The notes beneath the pieces were generated by a model. It had not been told where the DNA came from. It did not search any database and was given only the letters and a program-made list of their open reading frames with translations. From assembly GCA_003218415.1 (NCBI GenBank), contig QHNK01000028.1:2029-66028 (forward strand): a stretch of 64,000 nucleotides of DNA. The letters run 5' to 3'. A program made the translations under genes and the position numbers. Below are positions 26,984-36,349 of the stretch, piece after piece (the first letter of the stretch is position 1; each line of letters opens with the position of its first letter). This DNA is from Verrucomicrobiota bacterium (GTDB lineage Bacteria > Verrucomicrobiota > Verrucomicrobiia > Chthoniobacterales > UBA10450).

Positions 26984-29900
26984 TATCGCGTCGCCAGCGC
27001 GAGCCGTCGCTGGGTCGGGCTACGTTCGCCTCCGTTCGATGCTACTTCGGCGGAAATTTGCTGTGGCGCGGTTAGTTTCATTCCGACCAGTTTGCTCACG
27101 CCGCGCTCTTCCATCGTCACGCCGTAAAGAATATCGGCTTTGGCAATGGTGCGTTTGTTGTGTGTGATGATAATGAACTGGCTCTGCTCTACGAAGCGCT
27201 CCAGCACCCGGATAAAACGGTTGATATTGCCCTCGTCCATTGCCGCGTCCACTTCGTCGAGAATGCAGAACGGGCTCGGGCGCACCATGTAAATCGCGAA
27301 TAGCAATCCCACTGCGACCATGGAGCGTTCGCCTCCGCTGAGCAGGGAAATGCTTTGCAGCTGTTTGCCAGGAGGCTTGGCGGTGATTTCGATCCCACAG
27401 TTCAATGGATCGTTGTCATCCAGCAACGACAGGTCTGCGCGTCCGCCGCCAAAAAGTTCCGCGAACATCTCGCGAAAGTTGATTCGCACCTGAGCAAACG
27501 TCTCGCCAAACAACTTTCTGGTGGTGGAGTTGATCTGCGCAATTACATCGAGCAACTCGCGACGCGAATTGGTGAGATCGGTATTTTGCGCTTCGAGAAA
27601 CTTGTATCGTTCTTCCAGTTCGTCGTACTCATGTACGGCCTCGAGATTTACCGGGCCCATGTTGTCGAGCTGCGTGCGGAGATCCGTGATGAGTTTTTGA
27701 AGATCAACGTCGGTGGGGTGGATCGCGTTCTCCGAACGCGACGGCAAATTCGAGGCGGCTTCGCCGCCATTTGTAGCATCGCCTGCGGAGCGGTCGATCC
27801 ACCTTTTTACTTGCGCGCGCAGGACTTTTTCGAACGCGGGCTGATCGACTACAAACGCGCGAAGATCAATCTGGTAGCTGCGCGAAATATGCTCCGCGAG
27901 ATTGTCGATCTTCATTTGCAGTTGCGACTCGCGCACTTGTCGCTGGGCACGCTGGTCCTGCAATTCGCCTAACGAATCGCGCAAACGTCGCAACTCGGTT
28001 TCGCAATCGGAAATCGTGGAGAGTCGTGTAGCGCGTTGCTCGGCGATTTTCACCGCGCTCGCTTCTGCTTGCTGGCGCTGCGCCGTCTGACTTTTAATTA
28101 ACGCTTCCGACTCACGCGACTCCTCAGCCTGTGTGGCCAATTTCGATTCGTACATTGTTATATCGGCTTTTCGCACAGCGATCAGCTCCAACAGTTCGGC
28201 CTCGCGCGCGCGCATTGTTTCGTGTTGCGCGATGAAGTTTTCATGGCGCTGGCGCTCCGTCGCCACGGCTAGCCGCAGTTGATTCATTTTTTCTGTCAAC
28301 TCTTCCTCGCGCGCTGTGGTTTCTTTCTGTGCGGCTTCGAACGCGGTCAGATCGGCCTGCTCTGTTGCAAGTTGATCCCGTATCGTTTGGAGTTCGCGCT
28401 CCAAGTGCGCGACCCGTTCGTCAGCCGCGGCCACCTGGTGCTCGAGCGCATTTTTGTCCGATCGCAAATTGTTGATCTTGCGTTCGGCCTCGCCCAATTC
28501 GCGCTGGAGCCGCGAAGCGATTTCGAGCGCCGCTTTCGCTTCGTCGCGTTTCGCGCAAAGCGATTCGCGCTCTTTTGCCAGCGCGGCTTCTTCTTTCCCG
28601 AGATCGGCAATTTGCGCCTTGCGCTCCAGTAATAACGGCGCACGCACTTCGCTGCTGCCGCCAAAGACGATCCCTTCGGGGGAAATAAATTCGCCGGCCA
28701 GCGTGGCCATCGCCAGCGTGGGCTCGGCCTTTTTACACTCAAGCGCCTGTTGTAAATCCGAGAAAATCGCGACGTTGCCGAGCAACTGTCCGACGAGTGG
28801 TTCGAGCGACGACGGCGCGATCAGTTTGTCCGTGGCCCAGGCGAGCGCATCCTCCGGCAGACTTTTTCGCGCTGGTTTTTGCGCGGAGCCTGTCAACTGC
28901 GGAATGAACAGCGCAGCCTGGCCTAGCTTCTTTTTCCGGAGTCGCGTGATGATTTCGGAAGCAACGCTCGCGTCTTTTAGAACGATCGCGTGCAGATTTC
29001 GACCCAACGCAGCTTCGATCGCCGGAACGAACTTCGGATCGACTTCCAGATGCGCCACGAGTGGACCGGAAATCGCCTCACGAAATTTGTCGCGATCGTC
29101 CAGACCTTTGAGGACAGCTTGCGAACCTTCAGCCAAGCCTTCGCCTTCTTCATTGAGCTGACGCAAAACGTCCAGCCGCGATCGTTTCTCCGCGAGCGTC
29201 CGCTCGACCGCGGCAAGGTTCTGTTCCGCTTCATAGAGCAGTCTTTCTTTTTCGCGCAGGCTCGCATCGACATCGATCGCTTCGCGCCGGCTGGCTTTAT
29301 CTGAGACAGCAATATGCCTGGCGAGCTTCTCGCGCGCCGCCGTTAACGTTCGAACCTGTTTGGCAAGGTGTTCACTTTGAGCGCGGGTCAATTCTCGTCG
29401 CGTTTTCGTTCCGGAGAGTTCCTCCTCGAGCGTCGCGATGCGGTTTTCGGATTTGGACAGCGCGATTTGCAAACCCTGCAACTGTGTCCCGCGCTTGGTG
29501 CGATTTTTCTGGATTTGTGCGGCCAGGCTGGCGAGGTCGGTCAGCTCGGCTTCTTTTTCTTTCAATTGCCGCTCGATTTCTGCGATGGAGTGGTTGGCCT
29601 GCTCGATCTCAGTGGCATGCCGCTTGCGTTTTTTTTCCGCGTCACCGATGTCGCTCTTCGCGCGCTCGACCAGCTCGGCGAGTTCTTCCGCACGCTGCCG
29701 ATTGAACTCAATGCGGCGGCGGTGCGCGGCGACTTCACTTTCCAGTCGCTGCACCTCCGCACGCGAATCGGCGATCAGAATGTCGATCTTGTCCAGCGCG
29801 TGGCGTGCTTCGGTTAGCGCATTTTCGCGGTTGTCGATCTTCTCGCGCGTCGCGTGCTCGGACTGGGTCAGACGCTCGATTTCTTTGTGACAGTCGGAGA

Positions 29901-30621
29901 GATCACCTTCGAGAACATCAAGCTGTTTGCGTGCGTGATGAGTTTCAACCACGCGAAGATCCGAATGCAGCGCCTGATATCGCCGCGCTTTGCCCGCCTG
30001 TCGCTGCAACGAACCGATTTGGCGCTTTACCTCTTTGATGATGTCACCAATGCGCAGGAGATTTGCCTCGGTCGCTTCCAGCTTGCGGAGTGCCTCGCGC
30101 TTTTGCGCCTTGTACTTTGTGATTCCAGCCGCTTCCTCGAACACTGCGCGTCGATCTTCCGGACGCGAGCTCAGGATCATGTCGATCTTGCCCTGTTCCA
30201 TCATCGAGTATGCGGCGCGGGCGATGCCCGTGTCGGCGAAGAGATTTTGAATATCGCGAAGACGGCAGGGGGTTTTGTTTAACAGATATTCGGAGTTGCC
30301 ATCGCGATAGACGCGGCGCGTGACGCACACGTCATGCCAGTCGATTCCGAACTCTTCAGCACAATCGGTGAACGTGAGTGAGACCTCTGCCAATCCTACG
30401 GGCTTGCGTGTGTCCGCGCCGTTGAAGATCACGTCCGCCATCTCGTCGCCGCGGAGTGACTTGGCGGATTGCTCGCCGAGTGCCCAGCGGACGGCGTCAA
30501 GGACATTGGATTTTCCACAACCGTTCGGCCCGACGATAGCGGTCGTGCCCTCGTGAAAATTAAAGACGGTTTTATCGGCAAACGATTTGAAGCCGAGTAG
30601 CTCGAGCGATTGTAAATGCAT
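26983..30621 (-). CDS. smc: chromosome segregation protein SMC
   Basis: MHLQSLELLGFKSFADKT...GPNGCGKSN Walker A. Long coiled coils, a hinge, and C-terminal LSGGERSMVAVGLLFAI...LDEVDAAMD. ATG 30621 is preferred. Confidence 0.95.
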   Translation of the reverse strand: MHLQSLELLGFKSFADKTVFNFHEGTTAIVGPNGCGKSNVLDAVRWALGEQSAKSLRGDEMADVIFNGADTRKPVGLAEVSLTFTDCAEEFGIDWHDVCVTRRVYRDGNSEYLLNKTPCRLRDIQNLFADTGIARAAYSMMEQGKIDMILSSRPEDRRAVFEEAAGITKYKAQKREALRKLEATEANLLRIGDIIKEVKRQIGSLQRQAGKARRYQALHSDLRVVETHHARKQLDVLEGDLSDCHKEIERLTQSEHATREKIDNRENALTEARHALDKIDILIADSRAEVQRLESEVAAHRRRIEFNRQRAEELAELVERAKSDIGDAEKKRKRHATEIEQANHSIAEIERQLKEKEAELTDLASLAAQIQKNRTKRGTQLQGLQIALSKSENRIATLEEELSGTKTRRELTRAQSEHLAKQVRTLTAAREKLARHIAVSDKASRREAIDVDASLREKERLLYEAEQNLAAVERTLAEKRSRLDVLRQLNEEGEGLAEGSQAVLKGLDDRDKFREAISGPLVAHLEVDPKFVPAIEAALGRNLHAIVLKDASVASEIITRLRKKKLGQAALFIPQLTGSAQKPARKSLPEDALAWATDKLIAPSSLEPLVGQLLGNVAIFSDLQQALECKKAEPTLAMATLAGEFISPEGIVFGGSSEVRAPLLLERKAQIADLGKEEAALAKERESLCAKRDEAKAALEIASRLQRELGEAERKINNLRSDKNALEHQVAAADERVAHLERELQTIRDQLATEQADLTAFEAAQKETTAREEELTEKMNQLRLAVATERQRHENFIAQHETMRAREAELLELIAVRKADITMYESKLATQAEESRESEALIKSQTAQRQQAEASAVKIAEQRATRLSTISDCETELRRLRDSLGELQDQRAQRQVRESQLQMKIDNLAEHISRSYQIDLRAFVVDQPAFEKVLRAQVKRWIDRSAGDATNGGEAASNLPSRSENAIHPTDVDLQKLITDLRTQLDNMGPVNLEAVHEYDELEERYKFLEAQNTDLTNSRRELLDVIAQINSTTRKLFGETFAQVRINFREMFAELFGGGRADLSLLDDNDPLNCGIEITAKPPGKQLQSISLLSGGERSMVAVGLLFAIYMVRPSPFCILDEVDAAMDEGNINRFIRVLERFVEQSQFIIITHNKRTIAKADILYGVTMEERGVSKLVGMKLTAPQQISAEVASNGGERSPTQRRLALATR

Positions 30622-30790
30622 TGTGGGCCACACCCCGGGCCTCGGCAGCCTCAATACAGCAGCCGTGCCGGGCTTACAAGCGGAAAATCACACAATTTGA
30701 AGGGGTTCTGGCAGGGTGCGACCACAGGATATTGGGCCTTCGTCTTGCCGCATAAGACCGGAATCGCGCGAACCCTTGGGTGCTTTGTCG

Positions 30791-30889
30791 CCTCTCCTCT
30801 TGCGACAAGGGGAGAGGATGAAGGTGAGGGGTTCGGACAAATTAATGGCTTTTTGGGCGACCCTGACCCTCTCCCTTGCCAAGGAGAGG
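30791..30889. repeat. MITE-like composite element: two GGGAGAGG hairpins flanking a short core (copy 1)
   Basis: CCTCTCCTCTTGCGACAAGGGGAGAGG-ATGAAGGTGAGGGGTT ... ACCCTGAC-CCTCTCCCTTGCCAAGGAGAGG. Same architecture as 36193..36300. Confidence 0.7.
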
Positions 30890-31004
30890 CGTCCCCTTGC
30901 AGGCGCTGCAACGCAATTACCCCCCATTCGAAAGCACACCCCCTTAGATGCCGGAGCTTACTCGCATTCTTGCTTTGGACAAATCGTTCACTCACGATGC
31001 GCCA

Positions 31005-32336
31005 ATGGCAGATGAAGCGCCAGCGTGGATACAGCAAGAAGAGCGCATCGATCATCAGTTGGTCCGCGGCATTGGCGTTCCAGCTCTCACCGCGAATATT
31101 GTCAGCTCGACAATCGGTGCGGGAATTTTCGTGATCCCAGCGACGGTTGCGAAGGGACTAGGCTCAGCTGCGCCGTTCGCATTTCTTTGTTGTGCGATTG
31201 CGATGGTCTTGTTCGTCACTTGTTTCGCGATTGCCGGCAGCCGCGTATCATTGACCGGCGGCTTGTACGCGTATGTCGAAGTCGCGTTTGGTCGTTACGT
31301 CGGATTCCTCGCCGGTATGCTTTACTTTTTAACCGCGATCGGCGCGGTCGCCGGCGTCGTGAACGTGTTGGCAAACTCGGTCGCGCTAGTGGTTCCGTTC
31401 CTCGGCGGTCCGATAATGCGCGTAGCTGTGATGTTCGCCGTTTACGCGTCGCTCGTGTTGATCAACATCCGCGGCGTGCGCCAGGGCGCGGGTGCGGTGA
31501 CCGTGATAACAGTCGCAAAGCTTCTGCCGCTGTTGCTGTTCATTGGCGCCGGAATATTTTTCATTCATGCCCCAAACCTTGCCTGGAGCAGTTGGCCCGG
31601 CAGCAAGTCGTTAGGCGATGCCGTTATCCTGTTGATTTTCGCATTTGTCGGAATCGAGGTGGCATTGATTCCGAGCGGTGAAGTTAAGAATCCCGCGCGC
31701 ACGGTGCCGCGGTCGGCGTATCTGGCGCTCGTCGTCACGACGATCATTTACCTCATGATCCAGCTCGTAGCGCAGGGTACCCTCGGCGCCGATCTCGCCA
31801 ATCATCCTGACGCGCCACTCGCCGAATCGGCGGCAAAATTTCTCGGCAATTTAGGCCGCACAATTCTTTTGGCTGGAGCCAGCGTCTCGGCATTTGGATT
31901 TGTTACGAGCGATATCCTGAGTTCACCGCGAATGATCTTTGCTTTCGGCCGGGACGGCGCGTTGCCGCAATTTTTCGCGCACGTTCACTCGCGCTACCGA
32001 TCACCTGACGTCGCGATCATTACTTATGCGACGCTCGCCTTTGCGCTGTCACTCAGCGGCACCTTCGAACAACTGGCGGTGCTTTCAAATGTCGCCGTGT
32101 TGTTGATGTATCTGCTTTGCTGCGCCGGCTGCTGGGTTTTGGTGCAACGCGATGTGCGCTCGGACGGTGAGCCCTTCAATTTCCCTGGGATGAAAGTTGT
32201 GCCTGCGCTGGCGATCGTCGCGATCATTTGGATTCTCGCGCACGCGACGGCTCGGGAATTTGTGGTGACCGGAATCGTGCTCGCGCTCGCGTCGATTGTG
32301 TATCTCATCCGTGTCCAGCTACGGTGGAAGTCGTAG
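31005..32336 (+). CDS. APC-family amino acid permease
   Basis: About 12 TM. N-terminal ...LVRGIGVPALTANIVSSTIGAGIFVIPA is typical of the APC superfamily. ATG 31005 is preferred over 30948. Confidence 0.85.
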   Translation: MADEAPAWIQQEERIDHQLVRGIGVPALTANIVSSTIGAGIFVIPATVAKGLGSAAPFAFLCCAIAMVLFVTCFAIAGSRVSLTGGLYAYVEVAFGRYVGFLAGMLYFLTAIGAVAGVVNVLANSVALVVPFLGGPIMRVAVMFAVYASLVLINIRGVRQGAGAVTVITVAKLLPLLLFIGAGIFFIHAPNLAWSSWPGSKSLGDAVILLIFAFVGIEVALIPSGEVKNPARTVPRSAYLALVVTTIIYLMIQLVAQGTLGADLANHPDAPLAESAAKFLGNLGRTILLAGASVSAFGFVTSDILSSPRMIFAFGRDGALPQFFAHVHSRYRSPDVAIITYATLAFALSLSGTFEQLAVLSNVAVLLMYLLCCAGCWVLVQRDVRSDGEPFNFPGMKVVPALAIVAIIWILAHATAREFVVTGIVLALASIVYLIRVQLRWKS

Positions 32337-32367
32337 GCAAACGGCGAAAACCGATTAGCTTTTCACC

Positions 32368-33705
32368 ATGCGCGACAATTATCTTGAGGAGTTCTATTCT
32401 TTTCTGCGATTTCCAAGTGTTTCGACTGATGACCAGTACAAAGAAAAGCTGAAGCAATGTGCAGATTGGCTCGTGAAAAAACTTACGAGCATCGGGCTGG
32501 AGACGCAGCTCGTTCCCACGAAGGGGCACCCGATCGTCTGGGCGCGCAACAAACATCAGCCGGGACGCCGTACAGTTCTGATCTACGGGCATTACGATGT
32601 GCAGCCGCCGGATCCACTGGAGCTTTGGGATTCGCCGCCATTCGAGCCCATTCTCAAGGATGGATACGTCTTCGCCCGGGGCGCGACGGACAACAAGGGT
32701 CAAATTCTTTCGCACATCATCGGTATCCAGGAGACGATCGAACAAAATGCCGACCTGCCGGTGAATTTGCATCTGGTGATCGAAGGCGAGGAAGAAATTG
32801 GCAGCGTTCACCTCGGCGGTTTTCTGGAGGAAAATCGCGATGCACTGAAAAGCGATGTGGCGGTAATTTCCGATACCGGAATGATTGCGCGCGGAACGCC
32901 AACCCTCAGCTATGGCCTCCGCGGCGTAACGGCCCTCGAAATCAAGGTCACTGGTCCGAAAATGGATTTGCATTCGGGCGTCTTTGGTGGCGCCGTTGCG
33001 AATCCGATCACTGCGCTCGCGCGATTATTGGCCACGCTTCACGATCGCGAAGGTCGTGTGGCCATCGCGGGATTCTATGATCGTGTGAACCCGCTCGAAG
33101 ACTGGGAGCGCGAAGCGTGGCGCAAGCTTCCGATCGACGGCGACAAGCTGATTCTAAATGAAACCGGCGTGCCCGAACTTTTCGGCGAAGCCGGCTACAA
33201 CTCGATGGAGCGCATTTGGGCGCGGCCGACAGCCGAGATCAACGGAATCGGCGGCGGCTATCAAGGCCAGGGTACAAAGACTGTCATTGCCAGCCATGCG
33301 ATGGCGAAGCTGACATTCCGTCTCGTTCCTGAACAGGAGGGCGATGAAATTCTAAAGCTCGCAAAGGAACATTTACGAAAGAACCTGCCCAAAGGCGTGA
33401 CGATGGAAATCACCACCGGTCACAGCGGCCCATGGTATCTCACCGATCCGCATTCGCCGCTCGGCGAAGCAGCACAGCGCGCGCTGCGCAAAGCTTTCGA
33501 TCGCGACGTCGCGCTCATACGCGAAGGCGGCAGCATTCCGATCGTCTCGCAATTTCGCGGCATCCTTGGTATCGAAACGCTGCTGGTGGGACTCGCGCTG
33601 CCGGATTGCCGCGCGCATTCACCAAACGAAAATTTCCCTCTCGAAAATTTCGAGGGCGGCATTCGTCTCAATAAAGAAATTCTCCAGGAGCTAGCTCAGC
33701 CGTAG
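32368..33705 (+). CDS. M20-family metallo-dipeptidase
   Basis: ...LIYGHYDVQPPDP...PPFEP....GY.FARGATDNKGQ... and a later ...HSPNE..., motifs of M20 dipeptidases/deacylases. Confidence 0.9.
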   Translation: MRDNYLEEFYSFLRFPSVSTDDQYKEKLKQCADWLVKKLTSIGLETQLVPTKGHPIVWARNKHQPGRRTVLIYGHYDVQPPDPLELWDSPPFEPILKDGYVFARGATDNKGQILSHIIGIQETIEQNADLPVNLHLVIEGEEEIGSVHLGGFLEENRDALKSDVAVISDTGMIARGTPTLSYGLRGVTALEIKVTGPKMDLHSGVFGGAVANPITALARLLATLHDREGRVAIAGFYDRVNPLEDWEREAWRKLPIDGDKLILNETGVPELFGEAGYNSMERIWARPTAEINGIGGGYQGQGTKTVIASHAMAKLTFRLVPEQEGDEILKLAKEHLRKNLPKGVTMEITTGHSGPWYLTDPHSPLGEAAQRALRKAFDRDVALIREGGSIPIVSQFRGILGIETLLVGLALPDCRAHSPNENFPLENFEGGIRLNKEILQELAQP

Positions 33706-33748
33706 CACAGGCATCCTGCCTGTGGGGCAGGCGGGCATCTTGCCTGCC
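33702..33748 (+). repeat. 47-nt double-hairpin REP, overlapping the M20 stop codon
   Basis: GTAGCACAGGCATCCTGCCTGTGGGGCAGGCGGGCATCTTGCCTGCC. The TAG at 33703-33705 is the peptidase stop. Confidence 0.75.
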
Positions 33749-33833
33749 GATGCAAATCGCCAGCTGTAGCGTGCGCTGTCTCAGCGCATCCGACTCTGAT
33801 CGCACGCTCGATTCTCCGCTGAGGAGTGTAAAC

Positions 33834-33888
33834 TGTAGGGCGTCTGTGTCAGACGCCTGTAACTGGCGTTTCACAGAAACGCCCTACA
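33834..33888. repeat. compound palindrome TGTAGGGCG...CGCCCTACA enclosing two inner hairpins (copy 1)
   Basis: TGTAGGGCGTCTGTGTCAGACGCCTGTAACTGGCGTTTCACAGAAACGCCCTACA. An outer 9-bp stem plus the GCGTCTG/CAGACGC and GGCGTTTC/GAAACGCC hairpins. Confidence 0.75.
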
Positions 33889-33894
33889 ACATCG

Positions 33895-34791
33895 ATGGCT
33901 CTCAAAACAATAATTCGCTGTTTCTTACTCGGCGCGCTTTTATTCGGCGCCTCTGCCGCGGAGGCGGCTGAAGAATCGTTAGGCACGAAGATCAAAAAAG
34001 TTTTCGAGCCGGCGCCAACACCGACTCGCAAACATCGAAAGAAGAAAGCTTCGCCCACTCCATCTCCAAGTCCGACCAAAAGTAAATCAAAGCGCAAGAA
34101 AACATCTCCTACACCCACACCAACCGAATCTCCGGCTGCGACAGAGACACCATCTCCGAGTCCAGCAGAAAAGCTGACGCCTTCGCCTCCGGAGCGTCCT
34201 GCGCCAGGAAAGAAGGCCTGGCCCAACATGAGTCTTTCGCCTGCCCAAATAGCGGATTACGACGGTTATCCGTCAAAAGTGCGGCAGATAACCGACGCCG
34301 GACTCGCGCTAACAAAACAGAATCTCGGTTACACTTACGGCTCTGCCGATCCCAAAAACGGCGGCATGGATTGCTCCGGTTTCATTTATCACGTCCTTCA
34401 GCAAAACGGTTTCTCCGACGTGCCGCGCGATTCCAGCCAGCAATACGTCTGGGTGCGCAAAGCCGGAAATTTCAATGCTGTCTTGAGCCGCCACGAAGAT
34501 TCATTTGAGCTCGACGCGCTCAAGCCGGGCGACCTGCTTTTCTGGCGCGGCACCTATAACATCGATCGCGATCCGCCCATCACGCACACGATGATTTATC
34601 TGGGTCGCGAAAAACGAACGAATAGACGCGTCATGATCGGATCCAGCGACGGCCGCACATATGACGGCAAACAACGTTGGGGCGTCAGCGTTTTCGATTT
34701 CAAAATGCCGCCGCCACCCCAAAGCGGCGACGCCAAAATCAGTCCGGTCTTTGTAGGGTACGGACGAATTCCTGGTTTAATGGGGGATTGA
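33895..34791 (+). CDS. NlpC/P60-family (C40) peptidase with Pro/Thr/Ser/Lys-rich linker
   Basis: Signal peptide, low-complexity PTPTRKHRKKKASPTPSPSPTKSKSKRKK..., catalytic DCSGFIYHVL and PGDLLFW...THTMIYLG. Confidence 0.85.
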   Translation: MALKTIIRCFLLGALLFGASAAEAAEESLGTKIKKVFEPAPTPTRKHRKKKASPTPSPSPTKSKSKRKKTSPTPTPTESPAATETPSPSPAEKLTPSPPERPAPGKKAWPNMSLSPAQIADYDGYPSKVRQITDAGLALTKQNLGYTYGSADPKNGGMDCSGFIYHVLQQNGFSDVPRDSSQQYVWVRKAGNFNAVLSRHEDSFELDALKPGDLLFWRGTYNIDRDPPITHTMIYLGREKRTNRRVMIGSSDGRTYDGKQRWGVSVFDFKMPPPPQSGDAKISPVFVGYGRIPGLMGD

Positions 34792-34833
34792 AATGTCGAA
34801 TGTTGAGATGCGACCCCTTCTTCCCTCGCCCAT

Positions 34834-35259
34834 CTACCATCCGCTGATCCCCCTTCGTACCTGGATGTCGCGCAGCTTATTTCGCTTGTCGAAATGCCAG
34901 AATGCTTGGACAACTGTAGGAAAGAGGAAAAAACCCTCTGAAAAACTGCGCGGCTCGAAATAATGACCTAGAGCGACACTCATAAAAGCTCCAGACACTC
35001 GGACAGGCCAGCCTGCGATGCGAGTGCCTTCATCTCGGGCAAGGCGATTTTCTAGAAAATCGTGAATCTGGTCGATCGAAGTCCCTGGTGGCGTCAGCTG
35101 CAAAAGTTGCTGTCTAATCGCAGCATCCGACTGACGAACGTTGATCCTAATCCTCTCTGCGGCTACAACTGTCCGCTGAAAGCACAAAATAATGCAACGA
35201 TAACGACGCGCCGGATAAAGATCATTTGAACCCTCTTCCCGCGCCAAGTCGTGAACCAA
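34834..35259 (-). CDS. hypothetical protein
   Basis: 141-aa ORF with TTG start, co-directional with the queC unit, in a locally lower-GC stretch. No motif recognised. Confidence 0.4.
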   Translation of the reverse strand: MVHDLAREEGSNDLYPARRYRCIILCFQRTVVAAERIRINVRQSDAAIRQQLLQLTPPGTSIDQIHDFLENRLARDEGTRIAGWPVRVSGAFMSVALGHYFEPRSFSEGFFLFPTVVQAFWHFDKRNKLRDIQVRRGISGW

Positions 35260-35286
35260 ATGCCGTCTGCATAAAAGGGATAAATT

Positions 35287-35478
35287 CTAATGCTCCTCCT
35301 CGGTTTGTTCGGGGCTTGGGGATGTTTGCATTTCTAACACGGTTGGAGTGCGAGCGTGAACGCGATGAACGCGGCGTTCATATCCCACGAATGCAAAGAC
35401 GATTAGAACAAACATTAGAATCAGCACGACGCGCTGTTCGCTTTTGGAAAGCTCGAAAATCCTGAATAAGCGCTTCAT
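35287..35478 (-). CDS. hypothetical 63-aa single-TM protein coupled to queC
   Basis: ATG 35478 overlaps the queC TGA (AAATGA). [33 protein letters not shown]... has one clear TM segment. Confidence 0.4.
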   Translation of the reverse strand: MKRLFRIFELSKSEQRVVLILMFVLIVFAFVGYERRVHRVHARTPTVLEMQTSPSPEQTEEEH

Positions 35479-36170
35479 TTGTTTGCGTAGCGAATTGGAT
35501 CTTTGATTCCCGCCTCGCGAAAGCCTTTGAGACGCAGAAGACAGGAATCGCATGCGCCGCAAGCTAAACCTTCGGGCGATGGGTCATAACAGCTGTGGGT
35601 AAGCGAGAGATCGACATCGAGTTCGACGGCTTTGCGAATGATGTCGGCCTTTGAAAATTTGATGAGCGGCGTGTGAATTTGAAAACGGCTGGCTTCAACT
35701 CCGGCTTTCGTTCCAAGATTGGCCAGGTTCTCGAACGCTTCGATAAATTCCGGCCGACAATCGGGGTAGCCGCTGTAATCGATCGCGTTTACGCCGAGAA
35801 AAATATCGTTGGCCGCAATCACCTCCGCCCAGGCAAGTGCGTACGCGAGAAAGATGGTGTTGCGTGCAGGAACGTAGGTGATCGGAATGCCGTGCGCGAT
35901 TTCTATTTCCGAACGCTGCTTTGGCACATCAATATCGTCAGTGAGAGCCGAGCCGCCAAAGATGCACAGGTCGATCTTCGCGATACGATGCTCTTTAGCG
36001 CCTAACGAGTCAGCGACGCGGCGAGCCGCTTCCGTTTCGATCTGGTGACGCTGACCGTAATCAAATGAGAGCGCGTAGGCAACGTAGCCTTCCGCGATCG
36101 CGATTGCGAGCGTGGTGGTCGAATCGATTCCGCCGCTCAAAAGGACGACTGCGCGTTTCATTTCCTGCAA
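35475..36170 (-). CDS. queC: 7-cyano-7-deazaguanine synthase QueC
   Basis: [15 protein letters not shown]-loop and the C-terminal Zn-Cys cluster [17 protein letters not shown]. Confidence 0.95.
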   Translation of the reverse strand: MQEMKRAVVLLSGGIDSTTTLAIAIAEGYVAYALSFDYGQRHQIETEAARRVADSLGAKEHRIAKIDLCIFGGSALTDDIDVPKQRSEIEIAHGIPITYVPARNTIFLAYALAWAEVIAANDIFLGVNAIDYSGYPDCRPEFIEAFENLANLGTKAGVEASRFQIHTPLIKFSKADIIRKAVELDVDLSLTHSCYDPSPEGLACGACDSCLLRLKGFREAGIKDPIRYANK

Positions 36171-36192
36171 TTTTGGCTCGGAGCCTGGTTCG

Positions 36193-36300
36193 CCTCTCCC
36201 TTCGCAAGGGAGAGGGTAGGGTGAGGGTTTTGGGTTTGCAATCCGCTGTGCCAGAACAACCCCTCACCTTAGTCCTCTCCCCTTTGCGAAAGGGGAGAGG
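36193..36300. repeat. MITE-like composite element: two GGGAGAGG hairpins flanking a short core (copy 2)
   Basis: CCTCTCCCTTCGCAAGGGAGAGG-GTAGGGTGAGGGTT ... AACCCCTCACCTTAGT-CCTCTCCCCTTTGCGAAAGGGGAGAGG, lying between queC and queF. Confidence 0.75.
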
Positions 36301-36349
36301 CGGGAAACCAACTCTTTGGTGACTCCTCGGCGCGCCCGGCGGTCGCGCC

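Noticed and set aside
30616-31134. ORFs spanning the hairpin elements (30616..31134, 30651..31055, 36065..36322, 36061..36267)
   Set aside because: Their 'SPLRKGRG/GEGRVRV' peptides are translations of palindromic repeat DNA. The same peptide appears on both strands.
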